A stretch of DNA of 64,000 nucleotides from Eukaryota sp. GEM-RC1 (taxonomy: Eukaryota): NCBI GenBank assembly GCA_040285855.1, contig JAUFOQ010000013.1:1302001-1366000 (forward strand). The letters run 5' to 3'. Below, piece by piece: positions 25,450 through 38,739 of this stretch (positions within the stretch are counted from its first letter, which is position 1; each line of letters starts with the position of its first letter). Below the pieces are notes generated by a model. That model searched no databases. It was not told the origin of the DNA and worked only from the letters and a program-made list of their open reading frames with translations. Made by a program: the position numbers and the translations under genes.

Positions 25450-25896
25450 CAGTGTTCGGGTGGTGGGTGGAACCGGGTGGCGTCTGGGTGGTTTTCAATT
25501 TCCACCCGGGTGGTCACCGGGTGGCATTAAAGAACGAGACATAAGTTTTGGTGCAATAACTACTTTATACACCATATACAATGAAACTTAAAGTACTTTA
25601 GCAGTGTGTGATATAAAATAACTAACAATTAAGAACTTTGTACAGGTTTGGGATTAAAACAACCCTCTGAAAAATAAGTAAATAAGATGATATTAGCCTA
25701 TCCGAGCCTAGAAATAACTCCCGTTAATATAATTGTATTCAGGACACGTTGAACAGCGAAGTATGTATTCAGGAAGTCATGGATTGAAGATGATGGTAAG
25801 ACAAAAATTATCCACCCAGTACCACCCAGACGCCACCCGGGTGGTGGGTGGCACCCGGGTGTTTTTCATTTCCACCCGGGTGGTTTTCAAACACTG
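25450..25896. mobile_element. Non-autonomous hAT-type MITE (447 bp) with CAGTGTT TIR and 8-bp TSD
   Basis: Begins cagtgtt and ends aacactg. Perfect TSD gtttggag at 25442-25449 and 25897-25904. Many GGGTGG/CCACCCGGGTGG subterminal repeats. Confidence 0.92.
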
Positions 25897-25904
25897 GTTT
25901 GGAG

Positions 25905-26850
25905 CATAGTACGGAAAAACACGTGTTGCAACACGTGTTGAATGGGGTTTTCGAGCAGGCTTGTCACCTAATAAAAAACGTTTAAAGCGTTTTTTATTAT
26001 TGTCAACGTTTTTTATATTCTGGATTGACACAAAAAGCACAACTCTCTACTCCACTTTTGTCTTAATTTGACAGGTGCTATTTCAGGTATGTTGTTTCTG
26101 ACCAAACAAGACTGAAACAAAGCAAGAGTATTTGTTGGTGTCACTGTTACTGGTACAGTATATGCTCTTTGGTTCTGTTTCTGAGTGAAACGACCTTCAG
26201 GCACACTCAAACAGTGTTCTTGTTACATATACCCCGTTATCTTCCCGTCCTGACCACGTGATCATCGTCAGATGAGCACTATACTTCATCTCCATGGTGT
26301 TATGCTTCCAATCTCAAAAGAACATAGCTGCAATGATCGATGTATGATAGATTTGGTTGATGAAAATGGAGTGAGAAAAAAGTGAAAAGTTGAAAAAGTT
26401 GATCTGCCCTTTTTGAACGTTTTTTATTAAATTCGAAAAAAACGTAAAAAGCGATAAAAAACATCGTTTTTTATTTTTGGGCAACGGTTTTTACAAGCCT
26501 GTTTTCGAGAAGTTCAACACGTGTCGGATATGTCATTCTTCTATGTCACTTCAATGAATTTGGGTAAATTTCTACTGTTCTTGATGAAACTATATTGAAT
26601 AAAGGGAGAAAAGTCAAGTGTAATCCAAAGTTTACTTAAATGTATGGATTATTGACGAGCTCTTCATGTTATCAGTTCTGGAATCATTGAAAATCAGTTC
26701 CAATTTATCAACTTGGATCGGCAGTAACATGAGAGAAAAATGAATATACACGTTGGTTGATCTTAAAATGAGTTATTTTGTTCTCCTACTCAGAGTTTGT
26801 CCAACACGTGTAGACTATTTTCCAACACCGTGTTGAACCGAACATAGGCT
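25905..26850. mobile_element. MITE family X copy, interrupted by the family Y element
   Basis: caacacgtgttgaatggggttttcgag|aagttcaacacgtg matches the uninterrupted caacacgtgttgaatggtgttgtcaagaagtccaacacgtg at ~59121-59161. The body matches 59160-59240 plus 61112-61345. Confidence 0.8.
25956..26501. mobile_element. Non-autonomous hAT-type element (family Y, 546 bp) with CAGGCTTGT TIR and 8-bp TSD
   Basis: caggcttgt...acaagcctg. Perfect TSD ttttcgag at 25948-25955 and 26502-26509. Confidence 0.92.
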
Positions 26851-29469
26851 GAATTACTAGTAGTATGGAATGAAGTTCATATATCAGAGTCTCAACAAAA
26901 ACAAAGTTCCAATACAAGCAAGTACAAGTGTTGGTTTGTATTGTTATGTTACAAAAAGCATGTTGAGTGAGTTATACTTAAATACGAAGTGTGCTCAAAT
27001 GATTTACAATGTATGGAGCTGAGGACGAACTTCTTAGTGTCGTCTTGGATGCTTACTTATTGGTGCGGATTTTTGACTGAAAAACTCGATGGAGCTATTA
27101 CATATATTGTTTAAAATTTATAAAATCAAAAAGAACAAAAAAATTAAAGGGAAATTAAAGGGGTACTTTTAAAGTTTTTTAGGTTTTTTACAAACAACAC
27201 ATAGACACGCGGTGTCGTTGTGTGAGTTTTGAAAAGACATGTCCGAACGTGTTCACACGTATCTCCGAACACATTTGCAAATTTCGACATACTGCTTGTA
27301 GGACATTTCAATTATGCGCAAGATTTGTGTAAAAATAGTGGATACAATTTAATGTTTTCAAATTTTCAAATTTTCAACAAGTACTAGAAGAAACAACATC
27401 AAATATTTCTAAAAGATACAAATCCAAACAGTTTTTTATTAGAATAATCCATTTTCCGTTTTCTACAATTTCACAAAGATCTATGTCCTCACGCACACCT
27501 AATTCTCCCTGGAAGAAATGACTTCAACACGATTGAAGACGAAGATGATGGGTTTATAACACCCACTTATTTAATCTCTGATGGCAGTGGTATTTGTCCA
27601 ATTCCTCCACGTAAAAAACAAATTCTAAAGACTAATGCTTAGCAGATAAAAAAAGGCTGATGTAGTCTTTATAAGCACCGTTAGAACCATGAAGGACACT
27701 CAACAAACTAATAGTAAGGGATTTTTAACTGATTATCGATTAACTTAAAAGAGGGCGAGATTCAGTAATGTTCAAAGACTATTAAACTTGAATCCACTTT
27801 GGAACTGCTTTATAGGCAACTGTTATCAAGACATGGACAGGGCAACAGAACTTATGGAAGTAGCTAAGCAACGGTTAAAAACTGCTCAAGACTCATCATT
27901 GGCAATTGAAGAGGTTGAAGAGGTCAATCAATGAAAATAAGTTCGAAGTTACCTCCAGAAATGGGGAAGACCAAGCTGTATTAGAAAGGCTGTGTGATTT
28001 GATTATTGTAAGTTCTATTTAAAGTAAGTAATGTTGATTGAAAAGTGATTGGTCTTGGTGACGTGATCATTGAAGGAATTGATGAGACTTTATTTGAAAT
28101 AACATACACCAATGTTGTTCTTTCAAACAATGATTACCAGTATTGGTAATGTAATTACGCTATTTGTTTCTCTTGACTTGAATCAAACTTCTTACATTTC
28201 TACCACTGGTGTTGATGATCCTTGTTGTGGTACTTTTGACAGTTCTTTTGCATCTGTTTCAAGGAGTTTTAGAAAGAATGGGAAGAAAAGGGAAGGTTTA
28301 GTTACCTCCAAATCCACCAAGTTTTAAAATTTTCAAATTCAAAAATTTTGATTTCCTGCTTGAGGCACTGAACAAGTATTTCAGCGCATCTTTTGAAGAC
28401 TTTTACTTCCACTATCTTTTTGAAGGAGGTGACTTTTTTAATCAAGGATTGGGAAAGGTAAGTGACGTTGATTGATAACGTGATCACTGAAGGAATTGAC
28501 GAGACTTTAAATGATGTTTCACTGTCTTTAAATGGATGATTTTGATGACGTTTACAGGAGCACATACCTGCCAAATTAGTTGAGCTCTACTGTGTTGGTG
28601 ATTAAAGCATTTTTACTGGTAAACAGTAAGGCTATCCGATTAGAATTCGGGATAAAATATGACAAAGGAACGTTTTTGTTGAAGATTTTCTTTTTTAAAA
28701 ACGTTTCTACAATGAAAACACTTAATTTAAAAGTGGTGTTTTACAAAAATGTGAAATTCTGAGTAGTGAAAATTCCTTCCTCCACTGAATAGAATTACAC
28801 ATACACGGTTGGCACGTTTCGGAAATATTTTCCACAATTAAAATAATAAAAAAGGGATCACTCACAGAAATAAAACACGTTTGAAACACGCTCCACACGT
28901 TCTTTCCTGCCACAAATCTAAAAAAATGGCCTAGCAGTACATTGACCATTGAATCACGTGATTGATTGAAGAAGAGTAGAGATCATGCAACGTCACGTTC
29001 AAAGCAGATACTGCAGAAGGAAAGTAGTGGAAACCTTCCCTAAATCACCTCTTAACAAGTTATAACAAAACACGTGATCAAAAGCCCGCAGAGATAAAGT
29101 CCAAGAAGATAAAGGAAAAGGAGACTGATAAAGGGGTAGTTTAGAGGAGACGCTCTGAGGGAATACGATAGGGCAAGAGAAAGAACGTTTGGCAGGACAA
29201 ATCTCTGTGATTATAACATAATACTAAAATTTAGCTCATAATGAATGAAGAACACCGAAAGGAGCAACGGCGCGTCCATTCCGGTGGTCCTACCAAGAAG
29301 GGACGGTTGCAGTTCTAAGAAAAGACGTAAACAGCGGGAAACAATTTGAACAACTACCACTGTGCTTTTCAACTGAAATGCATATTTCACAACTTTCTTA
29401 CAGCTCTTTCCCACAGACTTTTCACATCAAAATGCCTTCATATCCGTCTCTTCCTTCCAGTGTCTCTGT

Positions 29470-30113
29470 AATAGTGTGTCCAAACTCATAATCCTTTACG
29501 CTCCTGACTCCTTCAAACTGGTATACACTTTTGACATGATCAATGCCAAACATTACATATCAGTCTTGTTACTTGTAAACCTAAGGGCTGCATGAAACTA
29601 CTTATGACTAGATAACAACCATCTTGGGTTCTTACGTGGTAAGCCAATTTCTCTATTTCCTTTGTGTGTAGTCCCGAGTTATCGAAGCTCTGTGTATACC
29701 AGACATGTGTGATCGTTTTATTAGGTAACTGTATGTATATTCTCAATAAATAGCTAGTGCTGAAAGTACCATAGTCTAACACCATCTTACATATATCGTA
29801 TGAAGAACAGTGGTTCATGAACTGATCACGGACACTGTACACCCACGTAAATAACGGAAAACAAAGTCATGACTCATGAGTGGTCATGTTATGTTCAACT
29901 CAGATGTGGGTATATTCTGTAGAACGAAGATCTGTTTATTGATTAACCCAGGATCGTCGAAAGTGCTGATCCTTGTCCTTGTCTGAAGTTCCTAGTTAAT
30001 TCGTAAACCAGAACTCTTTTCGAAAGATCCCTTAAGAGAGAACCGTGATTGATCGATGGAAGCTGTTGGGTGTCTCTGACTATCAGATTCTCCCCGCATA
30101 TGCACTGAATGAA
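29470..30113 (-). pseudogene. Degraded RecD/RecD2-like superfamily 1B helicase fragment
   Basis: 30113-29943 translates LIVRDTQQLPSINHGSLLRDLSKRVLVYELTRNFRQGQGSAL, matching motif III (GD..QLPSV..G..L.DL) and motif IV (L...FRQ..GS). A weaker EFGHTIT (motif V-like) lies near 29480. Confidence 0.55.
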
Positions 30114-31814
30114 GATCTAACTAGCGGTAGATACAAAGATACAAAATGAGATGTGCGCGACGCAACAAGCATATAACATGTGAAGAGTAGGAGCTTGCGC
30201 AGGAGTATAAATATCACCTATCTCGATCATCAAACGGTGACATAAACGTGTCATGAAGACAGGAATGCTGTGAAATCCGAAGATATCAAGGAGTATAATG
30301 GACGGCGTCTAGGAAGAATCCACAGCATCAGTATGATAAAGCCATGAATATGTCTAAACAGTGCGTACTTCTGTATCTTCACTCGCGTGATGTGTTAGAG
30401 TGAAGAGATCTACGTCAGGATCGCAGAGAAGGTCTAAAGATCGAGCCAAGCAGAAAATGATCTGTGTGAAATGATACAATGTGGGGAAATTGGAAAAGTC
30501 CCACAAATGCACTTAAAAAAATTTCACAGCACATGCAGTGCTTTGCAAAATAAATGCATATCAATTTCATTTCCCAATCTCCCATTCCATGCCTATTCGT
30601 AAATCTGGCAAAAACTTCAATCTCCTCTTACACTTGAACTTCCTGTTACGCCTGTACTTAATACACCGTCTTCAGCAGCTCTCCAGCAATCTAGTTCACC
30701 TGCACTTAAACAGCCCCGACTTCTCTTCTCTTCACCAGAAGTTTGGTCTTGGGAAGAACATGACGTTGTTATTCCTGTTGAGATTCATCTGCGCTACAAT
30801 CAGTTCCTTTCGTCTTCCAAGTTTTTCTACAGCGACACACACCGTATCTTTCTTGACTGTGAATTTCGTTCCAAATGCATATTACATTTTTCTCTTCCGT
30901 CTAACTTCAATTTCATGACTTTATCTAATGATATCGAAAACCAAGATCTAGATCTAGGGGAACCTAATTCTCTTCAAGAAGTTGGTACTCCTTCGTTAGA
31001 TGCACCTGATTCACCAATAAATTTGCTTAATGCCCATGACTTTCATCAAAGTAGAATCATTTTTGCCACATTTCTCTTCCCCTGTTTGATCATAACTATA
31101 CGTTCATCGTAACTACGTGTACTAATTTGAAACTCTTCTCTACGTCTTAATCTCTCTCTTCATGAGCGTATTCAGGATTTGGTGAAGCATTCGGCTGATC
31201 TGCTTATAAACAATCTTCGTCAAGTTCATGTATCATGTTTTCGTTATTCAACTAAAAATGTGACATATCGTTTTATTCTAAAGGGCTAATCAAAAACAGC
31301 AGCGAATGCAGCGATCATTTAAGTAAATTGAATAACAATCAAATGACCGTTGGAAGAGCGAAATACAAATTGAAACAACCAATACAACTAATGCACAATA
31401 CCAAAAGTTCAAAATTACATGTACCAAGCTAATTGAATTTGGAAACAACGAATGAGCAGACTATCAAGGTAAACTAATTGAAGAGACGAAGATTGTGTTG
31501 CTTGGTCAAACATCATTTAGAGACTCTGTAAAACTATTTAAATAATTAATTATGTAAGTATACTACGAATTTCGCATTACATTGCTGCAATCATTTTAAT
31601 CAACACTTAATATGGAATCTTTTACAAAAGAGAGATCCAAAAACAAATACCATCACTTCAAACGTCATCACTCATAAACACGAAAGCAATCATTTCATTA
31701 ATGAAAATGACCTGTTCAATTTAAAACTTAAAAAATGTTTGTGATTGTGATTGTAAAAAATGAGTGTTTTTATGATATTAGGTAAATTCCTTCATTGATT
31801 GGAAATTTTTATGA

Positions 31815-34637
31815 TTAGACGGAAACGTCATCTCTATACAATGATTTAAAGTTACATTGATAACAAGGAAGATGTTTGATGGAATCTAAACAAACATCAA
31901 GAAATGAAACATTCAAATCAACAAGCATAAACAGTCTTTTTAAGGGTTTCAAATCATCAACACAAGTTCCACCAATGTCTAAAGCAATTAACTGGTACAA
32001 ACTACTTAGTGGATTTAAATCGAAAACATTGGAGCTATTTAAATTCAATACACTCAAAAACAAGTTTCTTAAAGGGATTAATGATTCAATCCTAGTTCCT
32101 GATAGGTCAAGAACTTTGATTGATGAGCTCATTGAGAGACAAGAGAGATCTTTGATTGAAGAATTTGCTAGAATCAACACTTTTAAATGAGACAACTCTT
32201 TAATAGGAGAAAAATCATGAATACAACAACCTTTAAAAATTGACAAAACTGTGAGGTGAGTCAAATGACATAGATCACTCAAGTCAGTTAGTTCGTCAAC
32301 ATCACTTGTCAAAAACAGTTTACTCCCAAGATTAATTGAAGAGTAAGGCTCAACTGCATTAAACACGTGATTATTGATAGATAAAGAACCAGAATGTAAG
32401 TCTATTTTTAATAAGTTTTGGCTTACAAAAGTACTAAAATCAGTATAAGAACCACCGTTGGACAGAATCTTATGATTTTGACCTTGGGCAACGTGATTAG
32501 CCGAGCACAGATTAAAGATACTTTTAGCACACACAGGACTAGAAAAGAAAATTTCGTCTACGTGAAGTTGGAGAGGAATAGTGCCCTTAAGGAACTCTTC
32601 GAGAGATAAAACATCCTGGTCATTGATGTTGCCTGAAACGGCAACTGTCACGTCATCATCAAAACAAGCAAATTTTGAAGTCCTATCAGATTTTAAATAA
32701 TTTAAATAACATTGACTTATGATTGCAAGCTTATAATGAAGCAGACAATGATCATTAGTACTTCTCTTTTGGAGAAACGACTCATACACAGGAAATCCGA
32801 CATGAATTAAAGTAGTCTTGCATTGACAAAGTTTGAGCAATTCAAGTATAATTCCATCACTTTTATAAAATCCAGAATCTTTTCAACAACAATAGACTCA
32901 ATACCATTCAAATGTGGCAATAGATCTTTTAAATCTACATGATCTAAGGAAAGAATCACGAGTTGCTTGATACCGGTATTGCCCCTTAAGGAATCAATCA
33001 ATAAGGGAAATGTAGGGTGGTGGAGACGTGGTAAAATTGATAGAGATTGTAAAGTGGTGTTGCATTTCAACATTTTACAAAATTCTGCTGTTATTTCAGT
33101 CGTGTTTTCGCCTAAATCTAAGTGTGCCAAACCCAAACTATCATCAAGAACTGTACAAAGCTCATCATTCCGACTGTCATCACGTAAGAACATACTTCTT
33201 TTGTTGGTCTCAACCCTCCAGTGATTCTCTTTTCTCCTTCTACTTTCGTAAAACTTAATTGAGGAAGTAACGGCATATGATTGAAGTACAGTGTAAAGCT
33301 TGAGGAAGAGATTGAAAGGTGGCATGATCTCGACTTCGAAATCAGTAAAGCAGTTACATTCAAAACGGCAAGTACTTGAGCTGTACTCTGATTGAGTATT
33401 TCCAATCATCCATCTGATTGGACTGACAATCATTTCCCTTTCCTTTGCAGAGGTTGACTTAAGAGCAGGGAATCTATTTAAAAGACAACTGAGGAACACG
33501 TCAGCAAATAACGTCGTTGTTGGTAAGAAATTCAAAGAAAAAGAGCTCAAATAAGTCGAGATCAGAAGGAAATCAATCAAAGAGTGACACGTGTCGTTGT
33601 CGATTGGAGATGATACAGAAAAGTGCCTTAGATTTGACCATTTACTCATTTGGAAGGGAGTAAGTGAACGAAGGAAAGTACAGAACTGACTAGAGTTGAT
33701 TGACAATGGTAAACAGAAGAAAGCAGAAGATAACAACAAGCGTTCATCTTTATACTTTGAAGTAATACAACTTCCGTCAGATAAATACTCAGTATAAAAC
33801 ACTTTAAGTTCAATTCCTTTTCTTATACAAACGCAGTAAACTTCAATCAATGAATAAGAAAACTCGTCATCAGGAATATCGAGGGCTATTTCCTTTACAC
33901 ACTGATGCCTCTCTATAGAGTCAAGTAGAAGATCCTCGTCGTTGAATTCTTCAATAACAACTCTAAAACCACGTAGACTATGGTGTTCTCTTAAGAACTT
34001 CGCAATTAGTTTCATAGAGAAGGAATCACATTGTCCAAAATCAATAAAGACAATGTTTGGGGAAACTAAATGATTAAATAAAAGAGAGGTAAGAGGAAGT
34101 CGTTGAAGGTATGATCCTGGGAGAAGAATGTTGGAAATGTTAGGGAATTGTTCCAATTGAAGAAGAATGAATCTGTAGGTTTTGTCAATGGTTTCCAATT
34201 GTAGGATTTTCAAATCCCCATAATGATTGACGATCAAAGGATAACTTTTGGACTTTTTTCAAGGACATTTGGGGTGACGTGATATCAATTAAACGATCGT
34301 AGACAATCTCAGAGGGATAGTCTACTGAGTTGAAGAAGGTAAGGAGGGGAAGAAGAGAGTGGATGTGGGAGGAACATCGAGAAGAGACGTTGTCTTGGAA
34401 GAAGATGTTAATAGATCTATTGGCTAGTTTGAAGAAGTTGTGGCTTACAAAACCAAGATTGTGGAAGAATGATAAAAGTTTGGTATATAAGTGAGAGGGA
34501 AATACAATAGAGCAGAATTTCTGTGAGTAGGATCGATTTGAGAAAGGACAAGCTAAGGTTTTAACAAGGGTTCGATGTAATATACTGAGAACTAGAATAG
34601 GTGGAAGGTTTATTGAAGTTGGTTTGCTATTCATCAT
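31815..34637 (-). CDS. Large leucine-rich-repeat protein (RNI-like and internalin-like LRRs); two frameshifts
   Basis: Three consecutive overlapping minus-strand ORFs (34637-34185, 34237-32807, 32840-31815). C-terminal repeats LSHLKVLILANSSIKDL, LKPLKRLFMLVDLNVS and similar. Confidence 0.75.
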
Positions 34638-35393
34638 GTGAAAACTAGAACAGTATCATAGATAAAATACACATAGGATGAGAAAGGAAAAGCATCAAAT
34701 AATTCGTGACGTAATGAAAACAAACACTCTTAATTTTCTGTTCAAATACTAGTACAAATGAAGAACATCATCAATATTAACAACCTAATGAATGTGCACA
34801 ACTGTTCATCAAAAAGTGCTTTGCACAGACAGATTTTGATTTCGAAGATGTTTGTGGTAAAACAGTACACTTATCGATAGTTGAAGTACACGTACTAATC
34901 AATGAGATATACAATCTGCTGAACTTCCACTAATTGAACTACAACAAATACCGACGGTCTTTGAGGGCCAGATGGTGAACTCCGGTAAACCTACAAAAGT
35001 GTTTTTTGCGGTTATTTAATTGTAGACTGTAAATTCAGCTATTTAAATTGAGCCCAAACACTCAATCGGATTCCCGTCTGAATGAACAAACCGTACAACT
35101 AAATAAGGAACAAAGAAATTGTATTTAGCACGATTACAGTTTTAGTACTTCCGTAAAAGGATCTCAAACTAAATCATATCATCAAACTTATTATAGCAAT
35201 AACGACAACAACAAGCCTCTCATTCAGAATAAAAGGATTTTGAAATAGCAGTCTAGGATCTAGTAACAGACAGACTAACTTAATGTGACAAGTCACATCT
35301 TCAACCATCACATTGGATTGTCTCCCAGTAAGTAGTTGCTTTCTTTGCATGGGCAAAGAGAAGGATTAGTTATATCGTCCATCCTATAGATTG

Positions 35394-35855
35394 CTAACAC
35401 GTATAGTGACTCTCGTTAGATTCCAACAAGTGTGACACCTCAAATGCTTTGACAGCTTCTATAACGAGCTGCTTATTGGTCTCTAATATTCTTCCCTGTT
35501 GTACCATCTCATCAAGGATGAAATGAGCCTTGTCCACGTGGTGCATGATGTGAAGCTCCCTGACGCTTTCAAAGTATGCGTCAAATACCTCAACCAGATT
35601 GTGGATGAACTCAAGTATGGCCAGTTCATTTTCTTCAGCGTCAATACCAACAATGAAGAAAAGAGATGCATATCTTCTGTAAACTACTTTGAAGTCATTG
35701 TAGTGGAGAATGGAACACTTATGTTCATCTCGTTTTAGACACTCGCGAACGATATCAGTTTGAAGAGCGATTCGTTTCGCCATAGGGAGATAACGATAGA
35801 ATTGAGAAAGACGTGGTTGTCCTTGTTTATTAGAAAGTAGGAAGAACTCAATCAT
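35394..35855 (-). CDS. AP4S1: AP-4 adaptor complex sigma subunit
   Basis: MIEFFLLSNKQGQPRLSQFY...KVVYRRYASLFFIVGID..ENELAILEFIHNLVEVFDAYF...DKAHFILDEMV..G.ILETNK. Confidence 0.88.
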   Translation of the reverse strand: MIEFFLLSNKQGQPRLSQFYRYLPMAKRIALQTDIVRECLKRDEHKCSILHYNDFKVVYRRYASLFFIVGIDAEENELAILEFIHNLVEVFDAYFESVRELHIMHHVDKAHFILDEMVQQGRILETNKQLVIEAVKAFEVSHLLESNESHYTC

Positions 35856-36999
35856 GGGAGTCTGAAGTTCGAGAGAAATATGTGACTTATCCAAAGTCAA
35901 TTCGATGCTTTGGAATTGTACGCCTAGGCCCATAAGATTAGAAAACGCAGCCACTGTCATTGGGGGAAATACAAAAAATAGATTACAACCCAACACAAAA
36001 AAAAAGACACATAATCTGATGCTGATACTTTACAACAAGAAATATTAGATCTAACTTTGATGTGTTTGGAATTGTTTAACACTTCTCTTCACCATTACAT
36101 AGAAGAAAGCTTTATGGGGTGGATTGACAGCGAATGAGTGTAACAAACATTAAAAGTTAGATTAAACAGAACAAGGACCAGATTGTAGGTTCGCTAAATA
36201 TTTGTTGTTGTTATATTGAGTCCAACAAACTATAAGTGAGGTGTATTTAGTGAAAAATATGTATAATTCTGAATCTGAATTAGAATTGCTGATATTGTTT
36301 TTGATTACTGGCATGAATCTGCAGTCAGTTCCGTATTTTGGTCAAAAAGACTTTCTTAAAGAAATGCAGTGTTGCAAAATTTTCAATTTGGGAGCAATGT
36401 ATACTAGTAGGTTGTACACCTCTTTATCACAAATTGATTTTTTCAATACAAGCAACATTTATGACACTATATCCAAACAACTCCACGAGTATCTCGCAAA
36501 ATTGATTCAGGATATGAAACTGAATAGTGTTGCGACACACAAAACTGGTCGCCAAAACTTACAAACAAAACACTCCGTGTTTGCTTAAACAACTATGGAG
36601 CCGTGTAATATTAGTAGATTAACTACTCAATCAATTGCCCTGGTTTTTTGCAGGCTGACTCATTATTGCAGTTAAATAGTTGACCATACTTCAATGCACA
36701 ATTCCTTTTTTCCAAGTCATGTCCCTGGTACAAGTGATGGATTGCCTATTGCTGTTGCATAACTATCGTAGGTGTCCCAATGCTAGCAACTGTATATATG
36801 ATGCAAGCAAACACATTTTCTTGTTTGTATTGGGACACCTACGATAATTGTCAAAGATACGACAGAAATTAATATATGTACCTATTTTTGTGGTTGCTGT
36901 ACAACGGGATACTTTTTGTTCATTTATTTTCTTCAATAACGACACAACAACAGAAAGCCTAAAAGAATGATTTATCTGAAACTTCCAATTTATATTTAT

Positions 37000-37330
37000 C
37001 TGAACAAGCCGAACAGTTTATGTATACAAAGCCATTAATGCATCTTAAACACCACGTGAAACACATTGAGTATCAATTAGGTACTTTTGATGTTTATTAT
37101 CAATTCGTTTAAAAAAAGGACAATCATCTTTTTACATGATCATGATTTCGGCAAAATCCTAAACAATAGAACGAACAAACGTTTTGGTTGAATCGTATAT
37201 GATTTACGTTGTTCAAAACAATTCTTTTCGTCAATGCATCACAGTTGTGGTAAGATTTGATAGTGACGATCGTTGCTTTAATGACATCAAGCATCAGGTT
37301 CTGTTGTTGATTACATTTATAAAATCAATT
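37000..37330 (+). mobile_element. Highly degenerate non-LTR retrotransposon 3' end
   Basis: ttggttgaatcg...aaaacaattc...gttgtggtaagatttgatagtgacgatcgttgctttaatgacatcaa is shared with the other 3' ends. Confidence 0.6.
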
Positions 37331-37534
37331 TTGGAACACATATATAACGGCAATTGAATGTGTTTGAAAAATGCATTTTCAATTCTTTGTCGTTAAAATA
37401 CGGGTAGTGGTGTCAAAACAGTGGTGCGGTTCAAACGGACTTTATTCTAGTCATCATGTACGGAATTAGAATTTCGGACAAAATCTTGATTTGACACATT
37501 TTGTTATGTTAAGTTTAGCCCTGATTATGTTTAA

Positions 37535-37757
37535 CAAATATAGTTTATTATAAATGTAATAGATCAAACAACTAACATTTGATATCATTAAGACAACACC
37601 CATCGCTATCGAACCTTACAACAGCTTTGTCTTCATGAAAGGAACTCACTGCTAATAAAGCTTTGGAGATGATTAGGGGAATTGTTTTCAAAACAGTAAA
37701 AACGATCCGATTCAACCATAATATATAATAAAAACGTTTGTTCATCTTATTTTTTCT
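37535..37757 (-). mobile_element. Non-LTR retrotransposon 3' end with a degenerate ~22-bp TSD
   Basis: The reverse complement is nearly identical to 55310-55470. Flanks are agtttagccctgattatgtttaa (37512) and agtttagcccttatttttttaa (37758). Confidence 0.8.
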
Positions 37758-37800
37758 AGTTTAGCCCTTATTTTTTTAATGAAATTTTTTTTTGAAACAA

Positions 37801-38466
37801 GTTACTTTCCGTAAATAATTGCAATATGGAACAGTATTTCACCGTAAATTTATTTTTGGATTGACTCCAACAAGAATTGATATGATGATGTTCGTTCTAG
37901 TTTGTTTGTAGTAATAATTTCTTAATGTTCAATATCATATTTATTTCAACAAAACATTCCTCTTATCTTCTAAATATCATCGATGTCCAATTCATTGATG
38001 TCAGGTTCGTCATTCTCATCGTCATCATTTGGAAATCGCTGCAGTATCTTTTCAACTAAATACATGTCCCAATACTATCTGTTGTATGAGAGGACCACTT
38101 GTTGTTCTAGTAAACTCCATTTCAAACGTCGACGCTGAGAACCAATCGCTCTCTTAGCCTGTGAAAACAGCCGTTCTGCTTCATTCGATGCAGCAAGAAT
38201 GAATCGTAAGCTTATGTAGTCAGAATGAGGACTTTCTTCCTGCTGAAGACTGTTTAGTTCTGATATCCCTTTCCCTTTTTAAGCCAAGTGACAAAAATGG
38301 GTCGACAGCACTTGCACTTGTAGCAGTCGGAAGAGATTACAGAATGGTTCCTGGGAGGCTGTGGAGGGTCTGCCAGTTTCGTAAAGAAGTGTTTAAGAAG
38401 ATCGTCTTGGCATTGTGTACGGGAAAATACATATTTTACGGCAAACTCTATTTTACGGAAAGCAGT
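37801..38466 (-). mobile_element. Internally deleted hAT transposon retaining the transposase C-terminal dimerization domain
   Basis: 38233-37971 translates DYISLRFILAASNEAERLFSQAKRAIGSQRRRLKWSLLEQQVVLSYNR*YWD followed by an acidic tail. Inverted ends ctttccgtaaa/tttacggaaag. Confidence 0.8.
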
Positions 38467-38535
38467 AGTTGGTACTGTACCATATTTACGATTTGACGAT
38501 CACTGGATCACAGTTACACAAGTAGTGTGAACCAC

Positions 38536-38606
38536 CAGTGAACGCTAACACGTTACAAAATAGAATCTAACACGTTTCAGGCCGTGTTACGTGTTATCGT
38601 TCACTG
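38536..38606. mobile_element. 71-bp mini-MITE with CAGTGAACG TIR, nested in another small repeat
   Basis: cagtgaacg...cgttcactg. Flanks tgaaccac/tgattcac (6/8 match). The host repeat end catacttgtgaatcaca also occurs at ~20076. Confidence 0.65.
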
Positions 38607-38739
38607 TGATTCACAAGTATGGTTTTGACTGTATGTACAAGTACTATAAAATACCTCCTCAGAATTTAACCAATCTGTTGTTGGCTTCAAAATACTGATT
38701 TTGTGCTATTCAGAATTCCATATTTTTCACAGTTTATGG

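Noticed and set aside
29540..29842. Merlin/ISXO2 transposase (SGLHTKEIE resembles GxHTNxIE)
   Set aside because: No upstream DE/D catalytic motifs were found, and the flanking frames fit a RecD-like helicase better.
35856..35996. N-terminal extension of AP-4 sigma in the ORF track
   Set aside because: It starts at a non-ATG codon, and family homology begins at MIEFFLL (35855).
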